DNA of 64,000 nucleotides from Octopus vulgaris (Eukaryota). Shown here piece after piece: positions 24,211 through 36,378 of the stretch (its first letter is position 1; every line of letters starts with the position of its first letter). The stretch covers positions 41,912,001 to 41,976,000 of the forward strand of contig OX597833.1 in the NCBI GenBank assembly GCA_951406725.2, read 5' to 3'. The notes below the pieces were generated by a model. It did no database searches, had not been told where the DNA came from, and was given only the letters and a program-made list of their open reading frames with translations. The position numbers and the translations under genes are program-made.

Positions 24211-24292
24211 AATTCTCATGTCTTTCATCTCTCTCATTAATCAAATATATATATATATTTGATTAATGAGAGAGATGAAGGACATGAGAATT
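24211..24292. repeat. 82-bp near-perfect palindrome centred on (TA)n
   Basis: AATTCTCATGTCTTTCATCTCTCTCATTAATCAAATATAT / ATATATTTGATTAATGAGAGAGATGAAGGACATGAGAATT, one mismatch. Confidence 0.95.
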
Positions 24293-24299
24293 GTAAGTA

Positions 24300-24570
24300 C
24301 AGAAGTGGCTGTGTGGTAAGTAGCTTGCTAACCAACCACATGGTTCTGGTGGCACCTTGGGCAAGTGTCTTCTACTATAGCCTTGGGCCAACCAAAGCCT
24401 TGTGAGTGGATTTGGTAGGCAGAAACTGAAAGAAGCCTATCATGTATATATAAATGTGTGTGTGAGTGTCTGCCCCACTAACGTTGCTTGACAAACGATG
24501 CTGGGGTTGATTTGCTTGACTAAAGGCAGTGCTCCAGCATGGCCACAGTTAAATGGCTAAAAGAATAAAA
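24300..24570 (+). mobile_element. SINE family B, internally deleted copy, head-to-head with 23608-24030
   Basis: AGTGGCTGTGTGGTAAGTAGCTTGC...GCTCCAGCATGGCCACAG. Confidence 0.85.
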
Positions 24571-24820
24571 GCATATAGATCATTCTCATTTACAACAACT
24601 GCATGATGTCTAGACAAGGGTACACACATGCACATACATATATGAATACATAATGGGCTTCTTTCATTTCCTACCTACCAAATTCATCCACAAGACTTTA
24701 GTAAGCCTGATGCTATAGTAAAAATTTGCCTTAAGATGCCAGGTGCCTTGCAGGAGGACTGAACTCAAGACCACATGGTTGCAAAGCAAGAAAGCAAGCT
24801 TCTTAATCCCAGAGCTGCAA

Positions 24821-24851
<31 letters not shown>

Positions 24852-25304
24852 CATACACACACACTCATACATACACATCTAATGGGCTTTCATGAATAAC
24901 AAGTGGCAGGACGACAGGGTACAAACCCAACCAACTCATTCATCTATGACCCTTCAAAATCTAAGCCTTATTATTATATAAGGCACCTTGAAAAATTATG
25001 ATTATATGTTGTATCCATCTCAGATTAGTGTATATTATTAAGACTAAATAATCTACAGTGCCAACATCATGTGCTAGCTATGTGTATATAGTTAGAAAGA
25101 TTTGAAAAATGTCTTGCTTTGTACATCAGTTTTCACTGAGGCTACTGTTGTTGCTTAGCTTTCTTGTTGGCCCTAAATGAAGACACCTATAATTAAAAGC
25201 ATTCCAGCTATAACCATCCTGTCTTTGTATATCTAGAACTAAATTACACAATGTGTCCTTCCTTTTTTGAGATGGTAGGTTAAGATTTGATAAAGATTTG
25301 ATAA

Positions 25305-25536
25305 AGGCGGCGAGCTGGCAGAATCGTTAGCACACTGGGCGAAATGCTTAGCAGTATTTCGTCTGCTGCTACGTTCTGAGTTCAAATTCCGCCGAGGTTG
25401 ACTTTGCCTTTCATTCTTTCGGGGTCGATTAAATAAGTACCAGTTATGTACTGGGGTCGATATAATCAACTTAATCCGTTTGTCTGTCCTTGTTTGTCCC
25501 CTCTGTGTTTAGCCCCTTGTGGGTAGTAAAGAAATA
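25305..25536 (+). mobile_element. SINE family A, full length with TSD
   Basis: 17-bp direct repeat GGTAGGTTAAGATTTGA at 25274-25290 and 25537-25553. Confidence 0.92.
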
Positions 25537-25679
25537 GGTAGGTTAAGATTTGAGGGTATCATTATCATTTAATGTCCACTTTCCCATTGGGTGTGTGGGT
25601 ATTTTGAAAATTCCACATGGAGCAACAACTGCATCCTGCATGGTTATGGGTTGCACTTTGGCAAGGCATATAACCTTTT

Positions 25680-26000
25680 GGATCTTTTTCTTTTGAATGG
25701 CAGTTTTCAACACAATTTCTAGTTAACTAAACACTTTAAAACTTCGTATACTGGTAGAATGTGTAAAAATAAAACATTTTTTTCTCTTGGCGCAGCAAAT
25801 GATTTTAGCTCAATAGAGGCGATAGGATTGGTTAAAATTCGAAAAATAAAACTACATTAAACAAACAAATTACAATTTTCCCAAGAAAGCCAAGACAAAA
25901 AAATATTTTATTTTGACACATTCTACCAGTATACGAAGTTTTAAAGTGTTTAGTTAACTAGAAATTGCGTTGAAAACTGCTTTTCAAAAGGAAAAGATCC
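25680..26000. mobile_element. Merlin-like foldback MITE (~110-bp inverted arms)
   Basis: GGATCTTTT...AAAAGATCC termini and 8-bp TSD AACCTTTT/AACCCTTT. Both arms match the right end of 28570-28972. Confidence 0.8.
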
Positions 26001-26251
26001 AACCCTTTCAGCTACTTCACCAGTGCTATGTCAAAATCATGGTGGATTGTGAAGAGGTAGTGGAAAAAGCTCAAAGGTGGTTTTTTTTATATCGATGCTG
26101 AGTGGAGGAATCCTAGAAGGCCAACGGTCAAGATCACCAAGTTTTATCAGGAGAGGAAACAAAGGGCACCACTTAAATGATGGTGACATTTGTTTACAAC
26201 TATCACATGATGTCAAGGCAAGGAGACAGTAATAAACACATATACAAATAA

Positions 26252-26347
<96 letters not shown>

Positions 26348-26354
26348 GAAATAA

Positions 26355-26703
26355 AAATCAAATGGAAATTGTAGTTGTGATAGCCATGTCGGTGGCACGT
26401 AAAAAGCACCATCCGAACGTGGCCGATGCCAGTGCCGCCTGACTGGTGTTCATGTCGGTGACACATAAAAAGCACCAATCGATTGTGGCTGTTTGCCAGC
26501 CTCCTCATGCTCCTGTGCCAGTGGCACGTAAAATGCACCCACTACACTCACAGAGTGGTTGGCATTAGGAAGGGCATCCAGCTGTAGAAACACTGCCAGT
26601 TCAAACTGGAGCCTGGTGCAGCCTCCTGGCTTCACAGACCCTGGTCGAACCATCCAACCCATACTAGCATGGAAAACAGACGTTAAACGATGATGATGAT
26701 GAT
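26355..26703 (+). mobile_element. RTE 3' UTR copy with internal tandem GGTGGCACGTAAAAAGCACC modules
   Basis: Three modules followed by the ...CGTTAAACGATGATGAT tail. Confidence 0.85.
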
Positions 26704-27392
26704 ATATATATATATATAATATAATTCAGTTGGGGATTAATAGAAATGTGGGTATTCAATTTCAAATAATACACAAAAAATAACTTAATGAGTATATCTG
26801 AAAGTAAACTCATGGTATCCATTTGCACATCATGAAATAATACTAAAAGGACATAATCATTATACCAGCAGGGTATATACTATACTTCCTTAATTATCTC
26901 CTACTTTGGTTAACACTAAATTAATTAGATATGAAGGAACTACATGTGGTCATTACATATTTTTTTTAATGGTCCTTACTTATACCTTGTCTTGTATATA
27001 TCACTGTGTAAAAAACCCGTATAACTGGGAACCCAGTCATGAATTTACAATATAGAATGGTGAACCTTGAACCCTGCCACAAGAATACTTGAAGTTCTTT
27101 ATAAATTTAAACAATATTGTTAGCCTGATGTACTAACAAAGTTTATAAAGTATTTTGCCTGGATTGATAATCTCTCACTAATAAATCTGTTATATATATA
27201 TGTGTGTGTGTATATACACACACACACACACACACAACAGTCCCCTTTCAGTTTCTGTCTACTACTTACAAGACTTTAGTTCGCCAGAGACTCTAATAAA
27301 ATCATTTGCTCAAGATGCAATGTAGCGTGACTGAACCTGAAATCATGTGGTTGAGAAGCAAACGTTTTACCATACAGCCATGCCAGCACCTA

Positions 27393-27755
27393 TCATCATC
27401 GTTTAACGTCTGCTTTCCATGCTAGCATGGGTTGGACAGTTCAACTGGAGTCTGGGAAGCCAGAAGGTTGCACCAGGCCCAGTCTGATCTAGCAGTGTTT
27501 CTACAGCTGGATGCCAACCACTCCGTAAGTGTAGTGGGTGCTTTTTATGTGCCACCGGCACAGGTGCCAGACGAGGCTGGCAAACGGCCACGATCGGATG
27601 GTGCTTTTTACGTGCCACCGGCACGGAGACCAGACGAAGCTGGCAATGGCCATGATCGGATGGTGCTTTTTACGTGCCACCGGCACGGAGGCCAGTCAGG
27701 GCAGTGCTGGCTACGGCCATGTTCAGATGGTTCTCTTATGTGCCACCGGCACTCT
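27393..27755 (-). mobile_element. RTE 3' UTR copy with internal tandem modules
   Basis: Inverted relative to 26355-26703; nearly identical to 41970-42326. Confidence 0.85.
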
Positions 27756-28189
27756 CTTTGTATATTTAGAACTAAATTATGCAATATATCATTCCTTTTT
27801 CAAGATTGTAGGATGAGATTTGAGGGAAGATGGTTGCTATTTCCAGCAAATCAAGCAACCAAGTACATGCCCCACTCTGTCTCTTGCCTGTGCTTTAATT
27901 GAGATTTCCTGTTGTTAAAGGTGAACAAAACTCTAAATCAAGATCGATTTATCTGAAGACAGTAAGAAGTAGGAAACAGTAATTAAAACAGCAGATGTTT
28001 CAACTCTGGAAAATGCTTTGTGTTTCTTTCCTTCTTTTTTCTATTGATTAATTCCAGAAAGTTTTAAGTGAAAAATTACTTCAGAATAGCGTGCTTTTAT
28101 TATTTTTTTTTTTGCTTAATTATTAAGCAAGAAGTGTGTGCAGGTAGGATGAGGAGTGCCATGAACTCTGTAGGCCTTTCCAAACTGTG

Positions 28190-29150
28190 GCCTACCAATG
28201 TGGTTTATGTTGAGTCTAAATGTCTGTAAGTTAATTCTAACAGTCAGAAAGGGGATTCCATGTAGTAAAGTGTTTAGTATGAAGGCCGGGTGGAACAAGG
28301 TAAGAAAACATAGAAGGGAGTGAGAAGAGAGAAGATAAAAGGTGAATGCATCAGGTAACCTAGGAAAGAGGTACTATGTGGCTTGTTAGTTTAGAAGAGC
28401 AGATGTCGCAGTAGCAATACAGGAGATAGAGACAAAAGAAACAGCATGTGTCTGTGAATCAGTGTCTGTCGGTCTGTCAAATGGTGATTAATAAATCTTT
28501 GCCAATTAGTCAGGTGACCTTTTGGATGCAGTCTAGGAATTTTATGTGTGCAACAGCAAATCTACCTTCGGATCTTTTCGGTTTGAACGGCAGTTTTTTC
28601 TAGCGGTGTCATATGAAATTGTCACCCATAATTATGACCCTAGTATCGATCTATTGCATTTCAATCTCTTTTAGGGTTAGGGTTAGTTAGGGTAAGGGTA
28701 TCTTTTTTCTTCACAAATGTAAATAAACCCAATCTGTTTCTTAAATGAGGAACATATTCACACAGCACAGAATGCTTTTTAACTCAATAGACGTCACTGA
28801 TTGGTTGAAATTGAAGAAAAAAACAACAAATATCTTACAAACTATAGAATTTTCTCAATAAAGCCAAGAGAAAAAGATGTTTTATAAACACATTCTACGA
28901 GTATACAAAGTTTAAAATTTTTTAGTTACCTAGAAATTACGTTAAAAACTGCCGTTCAAACCGAAAAGGTCCCTACCTTGAATGCATGGGTATCACTCAA
29001 GTGTGGATCTTACTTGAGTTTTGGAGAGAGTAAGCAATTGATAAGAGCTGGAGTATCTTCTCATATTGGAGAGAGAGCAGTTTAGTTTTTGATATGTATA
29101 TTTGGTCACGTAGTACTGTTATCAGTGAATGTAAGATCATGCATTTGTAA
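28190..29150 (-). mobile_element. CR1/L2-group LINE RT C-terminal remnant interrupted by a MITE
   Basis: Minus strand reads TLSKTQVRSTLE*...[insertion]...FLDCIQK...LIG...TLIHR, the LYK.QVR..LEY...LD.IQ.+A.RLI...L.HRR pattern. Confidence 0.6.
28570..28972. mobile_element. Merlin-like MITE with internal telomere-like repeats
   Basis: 28-bp TIRs GGATCTTTTCGGTTTGAACGGCAGTTTT (1 mismatch) and 8-bp TSD CTACCTTC/CTACCTTG. GG termini with an 8-bp TSD fit Merlin; hAT is not excluded. Confidence 0.85.
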
Positions 29151-30786
29151 TAGCTTTAATTGTGACGTAAGGGAGGGTGTAGTGCAAGATTTGTTTCCTT
29201 GATATGCGATAAATTATTCACTTGTACCATATTATAAACAGTAACATATTTAACTGTCGTCAACCACTTTAAGCCAGAGATACCCCCACCTCCCAGCTTA
29301 GCTCTTTTTTCATGCCAGAATATGCAGTGAGAAAATAATTCTCTGAGAAACACACATTACATTTTCCAAAGACACACAACACAATTCTCAGAGACACAGA
29401 TTACAGTTGCTATAGACTCACAACACAATTCCAAAAGACACCCAACACCACTCCCAAAGACAATACAATGGCTTACTAGTCTGATTCAAAGAAAAGCACA
29501 GTTTAATAGAAAATAAATAACTCAGAGACACCATCTGCATGAAAAATAATAAAGTCATGGAGAGAGAGCATTTTCTCTGTTTTATAAAAGTAACCAGAGA
29601 TAATGGCATACATATAACTGGTCCATGAACATAGCACAGTTCCTTAGCCCTTTTAATATTCAAATGTCTCTGTCAAATGTATAGCTTATTTATTCACATT
29701 GATATGAATTAAATATGCATTACCTTGTAGTTTTGAGATTTTAATGAAATGATTGTTTATTTTTTGAATAATATTGTAGGGTAAGTGTGAAAGACTGGAT
29801 CTGGCCAGTTTGAAGGCAATACAAGTAGATTATTTTGGCTGGATATAACCAGTTTAAATGCTGAAGGATTAAGCATAACATGAACTTTTAATGCAGTGGT
29901 GCTCTACTGGGGTCTACATGATCCTTAGGGGTCTGAATAAGATTTTGTTGTTAAACTTTATCCACAATAAATTGATTATACTCTCTTTACTCTTTTACTT
30001 GTTTCAGTCATTTGACTGTGGCCATGCTGGAGCACCACCTTTAGTTGAGCAAATCAACCCCAGGACTTATTCTTTGTAAACCCAGTACTTATTCTATCGG
30101 TCTCTTTTGGACAAAGGGGCCCCATTGTGGGATTGAACCCAAAACATTGTAGCTGAAAAGTGATCTCCATAATGACACATCTATGTCCATGTCTTGTTCT
30201 GACCGACATGCCCTGTTCAGTTCTGCCTGTCATGTAAACAAACACCAACTTTCCTAACACAAAAAGATTATTTCAACACAAAAGGCAAGATGACAGGCAG
30301 AAAAATAATATTTAACAATTACTTTTCAATAAGACGCGTGCAATGCACAAGCAGGAAAATAGTAATTTGCAAGTCATACATACAGATATATATATATATC
30401 CGGTAATATAAGTTTCTTCAAAGAGTGTCAATATGCATTCTTAATGACGATAATGACCATGACAACAATGATTATGATGAATGTCTTTCAATGAATGAAA
30501 TTTGAGGAATGAGTCCTGATTCATCTTTAAACCTCTATGTTTCTAAGTACAAAATTATATAACTATCATCATCATCATCATCGACAGGAGCTAACCAGGC
30601 AGAAGACTTCTGCGTCTGTTTAGGCATGGTTATTGATGGCTGGATGCCCTTCCCTGCAGAGTAGACTGAGTGCTTTTTACGTGGCACCAGCATGGGCGAG
30701 TTTTGGTGTCAAATTATATATAGATATACATACCTACATACAAAAGCACACACACACACATTTATTTCGCTATTTATATTTTCACA

Positions 30787-31055
30787 GTGGAGGCACATGG
30801 TCTAGTGGTTAGAGCAGCGGACTCGTGGTCGAGGGATCGCGGGTTCGAATCTCAGACCGGGCGATGTGTATGTTTATGAGTGAAACACCTAAGTTCCATG
30901 CAGCTCCGGCAGAAGGTAATGGCAAACTTCTGCTGACTCTTTTGCCACAGCTTTCTCTCACTCTTTCCTCCTGCATCTTGCAGCTCACTTATACAGCAAG
31001 GAAACCGGGAAACCGGCCCTAATGAGCCAGGCGTGGCTCAAGAAGGAACAAACAG
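30787..31055 (+). mobile_element. tRNA-derived SINE (family C-type head)
   Basis: GTGGAGGCACATGGTCTAGTGGTTAGAGC...GGGTTCGAATCTC A/B boxes followed by a non-tRNA body. Confidence 0.8.
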
Positions 31056-31684
31056 CAATATTTTCACAATGTATCTGCTTTGCTGTTTGTTAGGTTTACC
31101 TTTACTATGCATTGCTTCACAGATTTCAATAAACAACCACACAATGTTTGTAACAGCCTCTGTATATATTGCTATTTTATAAATATGGTGATGTATAAAG
31201 ATGTAGAGAGAGAGAGAGAGAGGAGAAAGACAGAGAAACTCCTGATGCAGGTCTGATACTCAACCCAAGACAGATGATTACTACACAAATAAAGAGGCAA
31301 ACTCTATATTATAACATGATTGAATACTTTATTAAATAGTAACATTCTTACTAATATAACCAAGAAAATTCATACACCACCACCACACACACAATGTATA
31401 TATGTAGGTAAATATCTACGTACACATGAATAGAATTCATGATATATAGAACGTCATATTTGCAAATCAATAACCAAACCACATATTAAATTAAATAAAT
31501 GGAGGTGATTTACCCTTACACTTTTACAATTACTTAAATGCTGATTTGCATTATGCAACAATTCCTACATGTTATACTCAACATGCGTGTCTGTAGAGTA
31601 TATGAGATATATGTATACACTCATACATACACACATTTATATATTGCATTAAGCACTTTGCTGTCAGTAACATAAATAGGGTAT

Positions 31685-31991
31685 GTGATCACCGTGACCG
31701 ACCAGGCTATCAAATGTTGTTACACATCGCTGGTCACAATGCACTTTGCATTGTTTTAGCCTTCAAATGACGCCACCCCGCTGGCTAAGCGAGCAGGCCA
31801 ACAGTAGACAGAGTGAGAGAAAGTTGTGGCAAAAGAGTACAGCAGGGATCACCACCACCACCCTGCCGGAGCCTCATGGAGCTTTAAGTGTTTTCGCTCA
31901 ATAAACACTCACAACGCCTGGTCTGGGAATCGAAACCGCGATCCTACGACTGTGAGTCCGCTGCCCTAACCACTGGGCCATTGCACCTCCA
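31685..31991 (-). mobile_element. SINE family C, young copy
   Basis: Minus head GTGGAGGTGCAATGGCCCAGTGGTTAGGGCAGCGGACTC...; tail shared with 12460-12527. Confidence 0.85.
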
Positions 31992-32035
31992 CAAATAGGC
32001 TATGTAAGACTCTATAATGTGTATACCCTCTACAT

Positions 32036-32482
32036 CAGTGGCTCTCAACCATTTTTGCCTATGGACTCCTTTGATTTCTATTTTACTCTACTGGGCCTCC
32101 ACAGTCACTTGATGTATATATAAAACATCGTACTGCCATCATCATCCTCATTATCATCATATAATGTCCTCCTTCCATGCTGGTAGAAGTTTGATGGTTT
32201 GACAGGAGCTGGTCAGGAAGAAGACTGCACCATACTTCTGTGTCTATTTTGGTAGGGTTTTTACGGTTGGATGCCCTTCCTAACACCAACCACCCCACAG
32301 AATGAGTGCTTTTTACGTGGCACAAGCACTGTATTTTTATAGTTAAATATTATTAGGAATTGGATAGAAAAATTAAAATAGTTTGTGCACTGTAGAAGTA
32401 TAAGTAATTTATTGCACATAAATTTTAACAAAAAATCTTATATGGTCCCCCAAGGGTCATTTGGACATGATTGAGAACCAGT
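32036..32482. mobile_element. hAT-like MITE with nested RTE-tail insertion (32135-32330)
   Basis: CAGTGGCTCTCAACC ... GATTGAGAACCAGT termini. Confidence 0.5.
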
Positions 32483-32887
32483 TCTATATGGATGAATAGT
32501 CAAGAAGTTACATTCACAATCTTGATGTCCTGAGTTCAATAACACTGGTCAACACTTTGAGCCAGTGTCTTTAACATAGCCTCAAGTTGATTTATGCCTT
32601 GTGAGTGAAATTTGGTTGATAGAAAACCTATAGAAACACAATGGACGGGCTTTACTTGTAATTCAAAACATCAGCCTTCTCACATTGTGCCATTGTTATA
32701 CTGACTCTACTTGACAATTACATTAAGGACATCTGTGGAATACTCAGCCACTTTTCATGCTAATTCAATGGGTAGGTCATACAGTTCGTTGAACAACTGG
32801 ATGCTCAGATATGTATGTACCACAGGTGCAGGTATAGCATGATACACAAAAGTATACAATAACAATTTTGAAATAATTCAGGATACC

Positions 32888-33115
32888 TATTTCTTTATTA
32901 CCCACAAGGGGCTAAACACAGAGGGGACAAACAAGGACAGACATAGGTATTAAGTCGATTACATCGACCCCAGTGCGTAACTGGTACTTAATTTATCGAC
33001 CCCGAAAAGATGAAAGGCAAAGTCGACCTCAGCGGAATTTGAACTCACAACGTAACGGCAGACGAAATACCGCTAAGCATTTCGCCCGGCGTGCTAATGT
33101 TTCTGCCAGCTCACA
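32888..33115 (-). mobile_element. SINE family A with 18-bp TSD
   Basis: GAAATAATTCAGGATACC at 32870-32887 and 33116-33133. Confidence 0.92.
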
Positions 33116-33549
33116 GAAATAATTCAGGATACCATCAGCAACATGATGGAACCAACACCATTACATCATGAATAATACAATTATACCACAACAACCATTA
33201 ATTACCATTCCATTGGCATCAAATTGTCAATGTTCACAGATTTTATAAATGTTACTATCACACCATCATCGTCATCTAATGCCAGTTTCCTATGCTGGAA
33301 TGAGTTGGACAGTTTGATGGCAGCAAGCAAGCCAGGGAACTCTGTTATCTGCTTTGGCATGCCTTCTATGGCTGGATGCCCTTCTTAATGCCATTGCCAT
33401 AAAAAACAAGCAAACCAGTAACCCACTACAATACTCCCACTGGCACTCTGTTGGTTATGATAATAAGGGTTCCAGTTGATCCGATTGATGGAACAGCCTG
33501 CTCATGAAGTTAACATGCAAGTAACCGAGTACTCCTCAGTTACACATAC

Positions 33550-33784
33550 CTATTTCTTTACTACCCACAAGGGGCTAAACACAGAGAGGACAAACAAGGA
33601 CAGACAAACGGATTGAGTCGATTATATCGACCCCAGTGCCTAACTGGTACGTATTTAGTCGACCCTGAAAGGATGAAAGGCAAAGTCAACCTTGGCGGAA
33701 TTTGAACTCAGAATGTAGCGGCAGGTGAAATACCGCTAAGCATTTCGCCCGGCGCGCTAACATTTCTGCCAGCTCACTGCCTTA
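33550..33784 (-). mobile_element. SINE family A nested inside an older tRNA-derived SINE (~33450-33992)
   Basis: TSD AGTTACACATAC on both sides. The host SINE head is at 33900-33992 on the minus strand. Confidence 0.85.
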
Positions 33785-34234
33785 GTTACACATACTCTTA
33801 ATATAGTTCTCAGGGAGATTCAGTATGACACAAAATGTGATAAGGCTGGCCCTTGTGAAATGCAGGTACTACTCATTTCTACCAGCTGAAATAAGGGGTT
33901 TTTCTCAAGAACACAATGCACCACTGGGAACGGAACACATGACCTTACAATCTTGAGCCGAACACCCTAACCACTAAGCCATGTGCCTTCACGCAATACT
34001 CTTATTATTCTTATTTTAGTGTCCTTTTTCTGAAATATTTCATCACATCCTGTGACCTCTTCAGTGATGCTCCATCCCACGTCTCCTCCTGTTCTGTTTA
34101 GTCCATTTCCTTATGTGGTTATTTGGAAGGGGGCGGAAAAAAAAAGGAAGACCATCCCCAAATATAACATCTATTTCAACACACGATTTCACATCAGGAA
34201 TCTTGTAAAACAAAAGCATTGTGTGTGTGAGTGA

Positions 34235-34317
<83 letters not shown>

Positions 34318-34689
34318 AGGGTATTGTGTATTGTTTGTGAGATGTAACATGTTTGGAATGGTACAACAATGCAGAGTGGACTATAATAACTGTTATAGAT
34401 AATTTAATTATTCATAGTCTCATATAATATTTCGGAATATAAAAATTCCTTCTTCAGATATTGCTAGGAATTAATGGAGTCACTGCCATAATCGGTTTTC
34501 CAACAGTTACAGAAATATGTTGGAAGAGTCCTTGCAGTGGCCTTATGAAGCTCCTTCCGGAATTCCTCATGAGAAGTGCATGAGGGTGGTATGTCTCAAG
34601 CTCATGAGTTGGCATATCCACAGTGCTGCTTCCAAGTTATGTGTTATACATGCATTTTTTTTTTTTAATTTTAAATTTTTAAAAAATAT

Positions 34690-35530
34690 TTTTTTTACAC
34701 AAGCATGTTACCATTGTGCGTGCAGGGTTTTGATGTTAAATAAGATAGTGATTGTTAATTTCCAACCTGTTGTTAATTTGGGGCCCTAGCCTGTCTATGA
34801 GGATAGCCTCCTTAATTCTTAAATTTCCTAAATTTCTGTCATTGGCCTCAATTGTGACTTATGTTTTTGTCGGTGTTCCGGCATTCGTCTAGATGTTTTC
34901 TCAAGGAGGGGGCTCGTGTGTTTAGATGTTCTTTGGTGCAAATGTGTAATGGTCTTGTTGTGCTACCCACAGAAATTGTTGCATTTGTTACATTGACTTC
35001 AATACACAACATTTACCCATTGATATAAATCTGTGTCATGGATGAGGCAATTAGCAAGAATGAATTGATTGCTGTCCCTTGCTCGTTTCTTTGCTAGGTG
35101 TCTTCTCAAAGGGGGGCTAGTTGTAAGTCTAATCCTTCTCTTATGGCTCTTTGGATGGCTGTGATTATCCACTCACTAAAATAGGGTATTTTAGGGGAAG
35201 TATGTGTTGCTGGGTTTTCTGCGTGTCTGGCATGTTTGTCGTCTTGGGTACTTAAACCAATTCACAATGGATATAGGGTACCCGTTGGTTTTCAGTACCT
35301 CTAGGAAGCATGTGGTGTGGGTCACCTTGTCCTCCGTCCTGCTGCACTTGCTCTGGATGCGTGCTTTGTTGGTCTGAGGGCAGTTGGTGCAGTCCTTTGA
35401 TGACTTTGGAGTTCTTGACATGTCCAGGAAAGGTGGAGAGTATGGGTTTCAGGATGTGGAATGTTATAAACATAACAAATATGAGCTCTAAAACAATGAT
35501 AGCCAATGGACAAACAGGATAGCCAATGGA
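34690..35530 (-). mobile_element. Penelope-like element remnant (RT thumb + GIY-YIG endonuclease)
   Basis: FLEVLKTNGYP; LKIPYFSE; VVY..QCNKCNNF.VGSTTRPLHICTKEHL (PLE GIY-YIG signature, frameshifted). Confidence 0.8.
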
Positions 35531-35603
35531 CAATATAGACAAATATCATACAACATAAATTTTTGTTTTATTACAATTATCTCCACCTCTAGAGGATGTG
35601 CCA

Positions 35604-36378
35604 TCTATCTATATATAAAACAAAGGATGTCTGTGTGTGTATAGTACATATGCATTTCTACAGTTTTCAACCAATTTTCACCAAACTTTGCACACACATT
35701 ACTTATGTGCCAAGGATGGTCATGCACTATAACATTTTGCCCAGAGCTCCTGCATAAAGCAAGAAACCGGGGGAAAATAGTGTTTTACATGGGTTTTTCT
35801 CTAAAAATTCTGCAGTTTTCAACCGATTCTCTTCTTTTTCTCTCTTTGTTTAGTTCTCTCTTCTCCCTCTTTTTCTCATTCTCTGTTTCTCTTACTTACA
35901 CATATTCTCTCTCACCCTCTGTAATAGTTCCTATCTTTTAGCCTATGTCTGTTTCTTTAACTCTCTCTCACTCTCCAACTGACACACTTGCTAACTTCTG
36001 TCTACAAATTATCAAGAGTGATACCGGAATGGACATAGCCAATCTGAAAGAAGTGGCCCAGGATAGAACTGACTGGAGGACACTGATCCAACAAGTGACC
36101 GAGAGTCAACTTTGACTGAGCAGATAGAGAGAGAATATTTCAATTAGTTGTGCATAAAAATCTCTGTTGTTATGGTTTTTGTATGTTTTCCTTGAAAAAT
36201 AATTTAGTTATTTTTCATTGACATATATCAAAAATATTTTGTACGTTTTTGTGAATTTCGGTATGTTTTGGCATGGAATTCTTATGTTTTTCAAAAAAGC
36301 CTTGGCAGTACTAGAAAATAAGCGTTCTTAAAATGATGAAGCGTTCACATCCCGAGCAAAGCCAGATACCTCTGCTAG
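35604..36378 (+). mobile_element. Non-autonomous Helitron-like element carrying a BovB-like RTE 3' fragment (36000-36130)
   Basis: A|TCTATCTATATATAAAA start; CCCGAGCAAAGCCAG subterminal hairpin-like sequence and CTAG|T end; internal AACCAATTTTCACCAAACTT. The insert reads IKSDTGMDIANLKEVAQDRTDWRTLIQQVT. Confidence 0.65.

Noticed and set aside
27432-27902. Recurrent ORFs (…LQLDALPNANHSVSVVGAFYVPPA…) at several loci
   Set aside because: Antisense translations of the RTE 3' UTR repeat, not a gene family.
31100-31565. Two short open minus-strand segments with GTAAA donors
   Set aside because: Weak acceptors; 51-60-nt open frames are expected by chance.
12257-31991. tRNA genes at the heads of family C elements (12257, 14179, 30787, 31991)
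   Set aside because: They have A/B boxes but no closed cloverleaf or acceptor stem and continue into SINE bodies, so they are tRNA-derived SINE heads.
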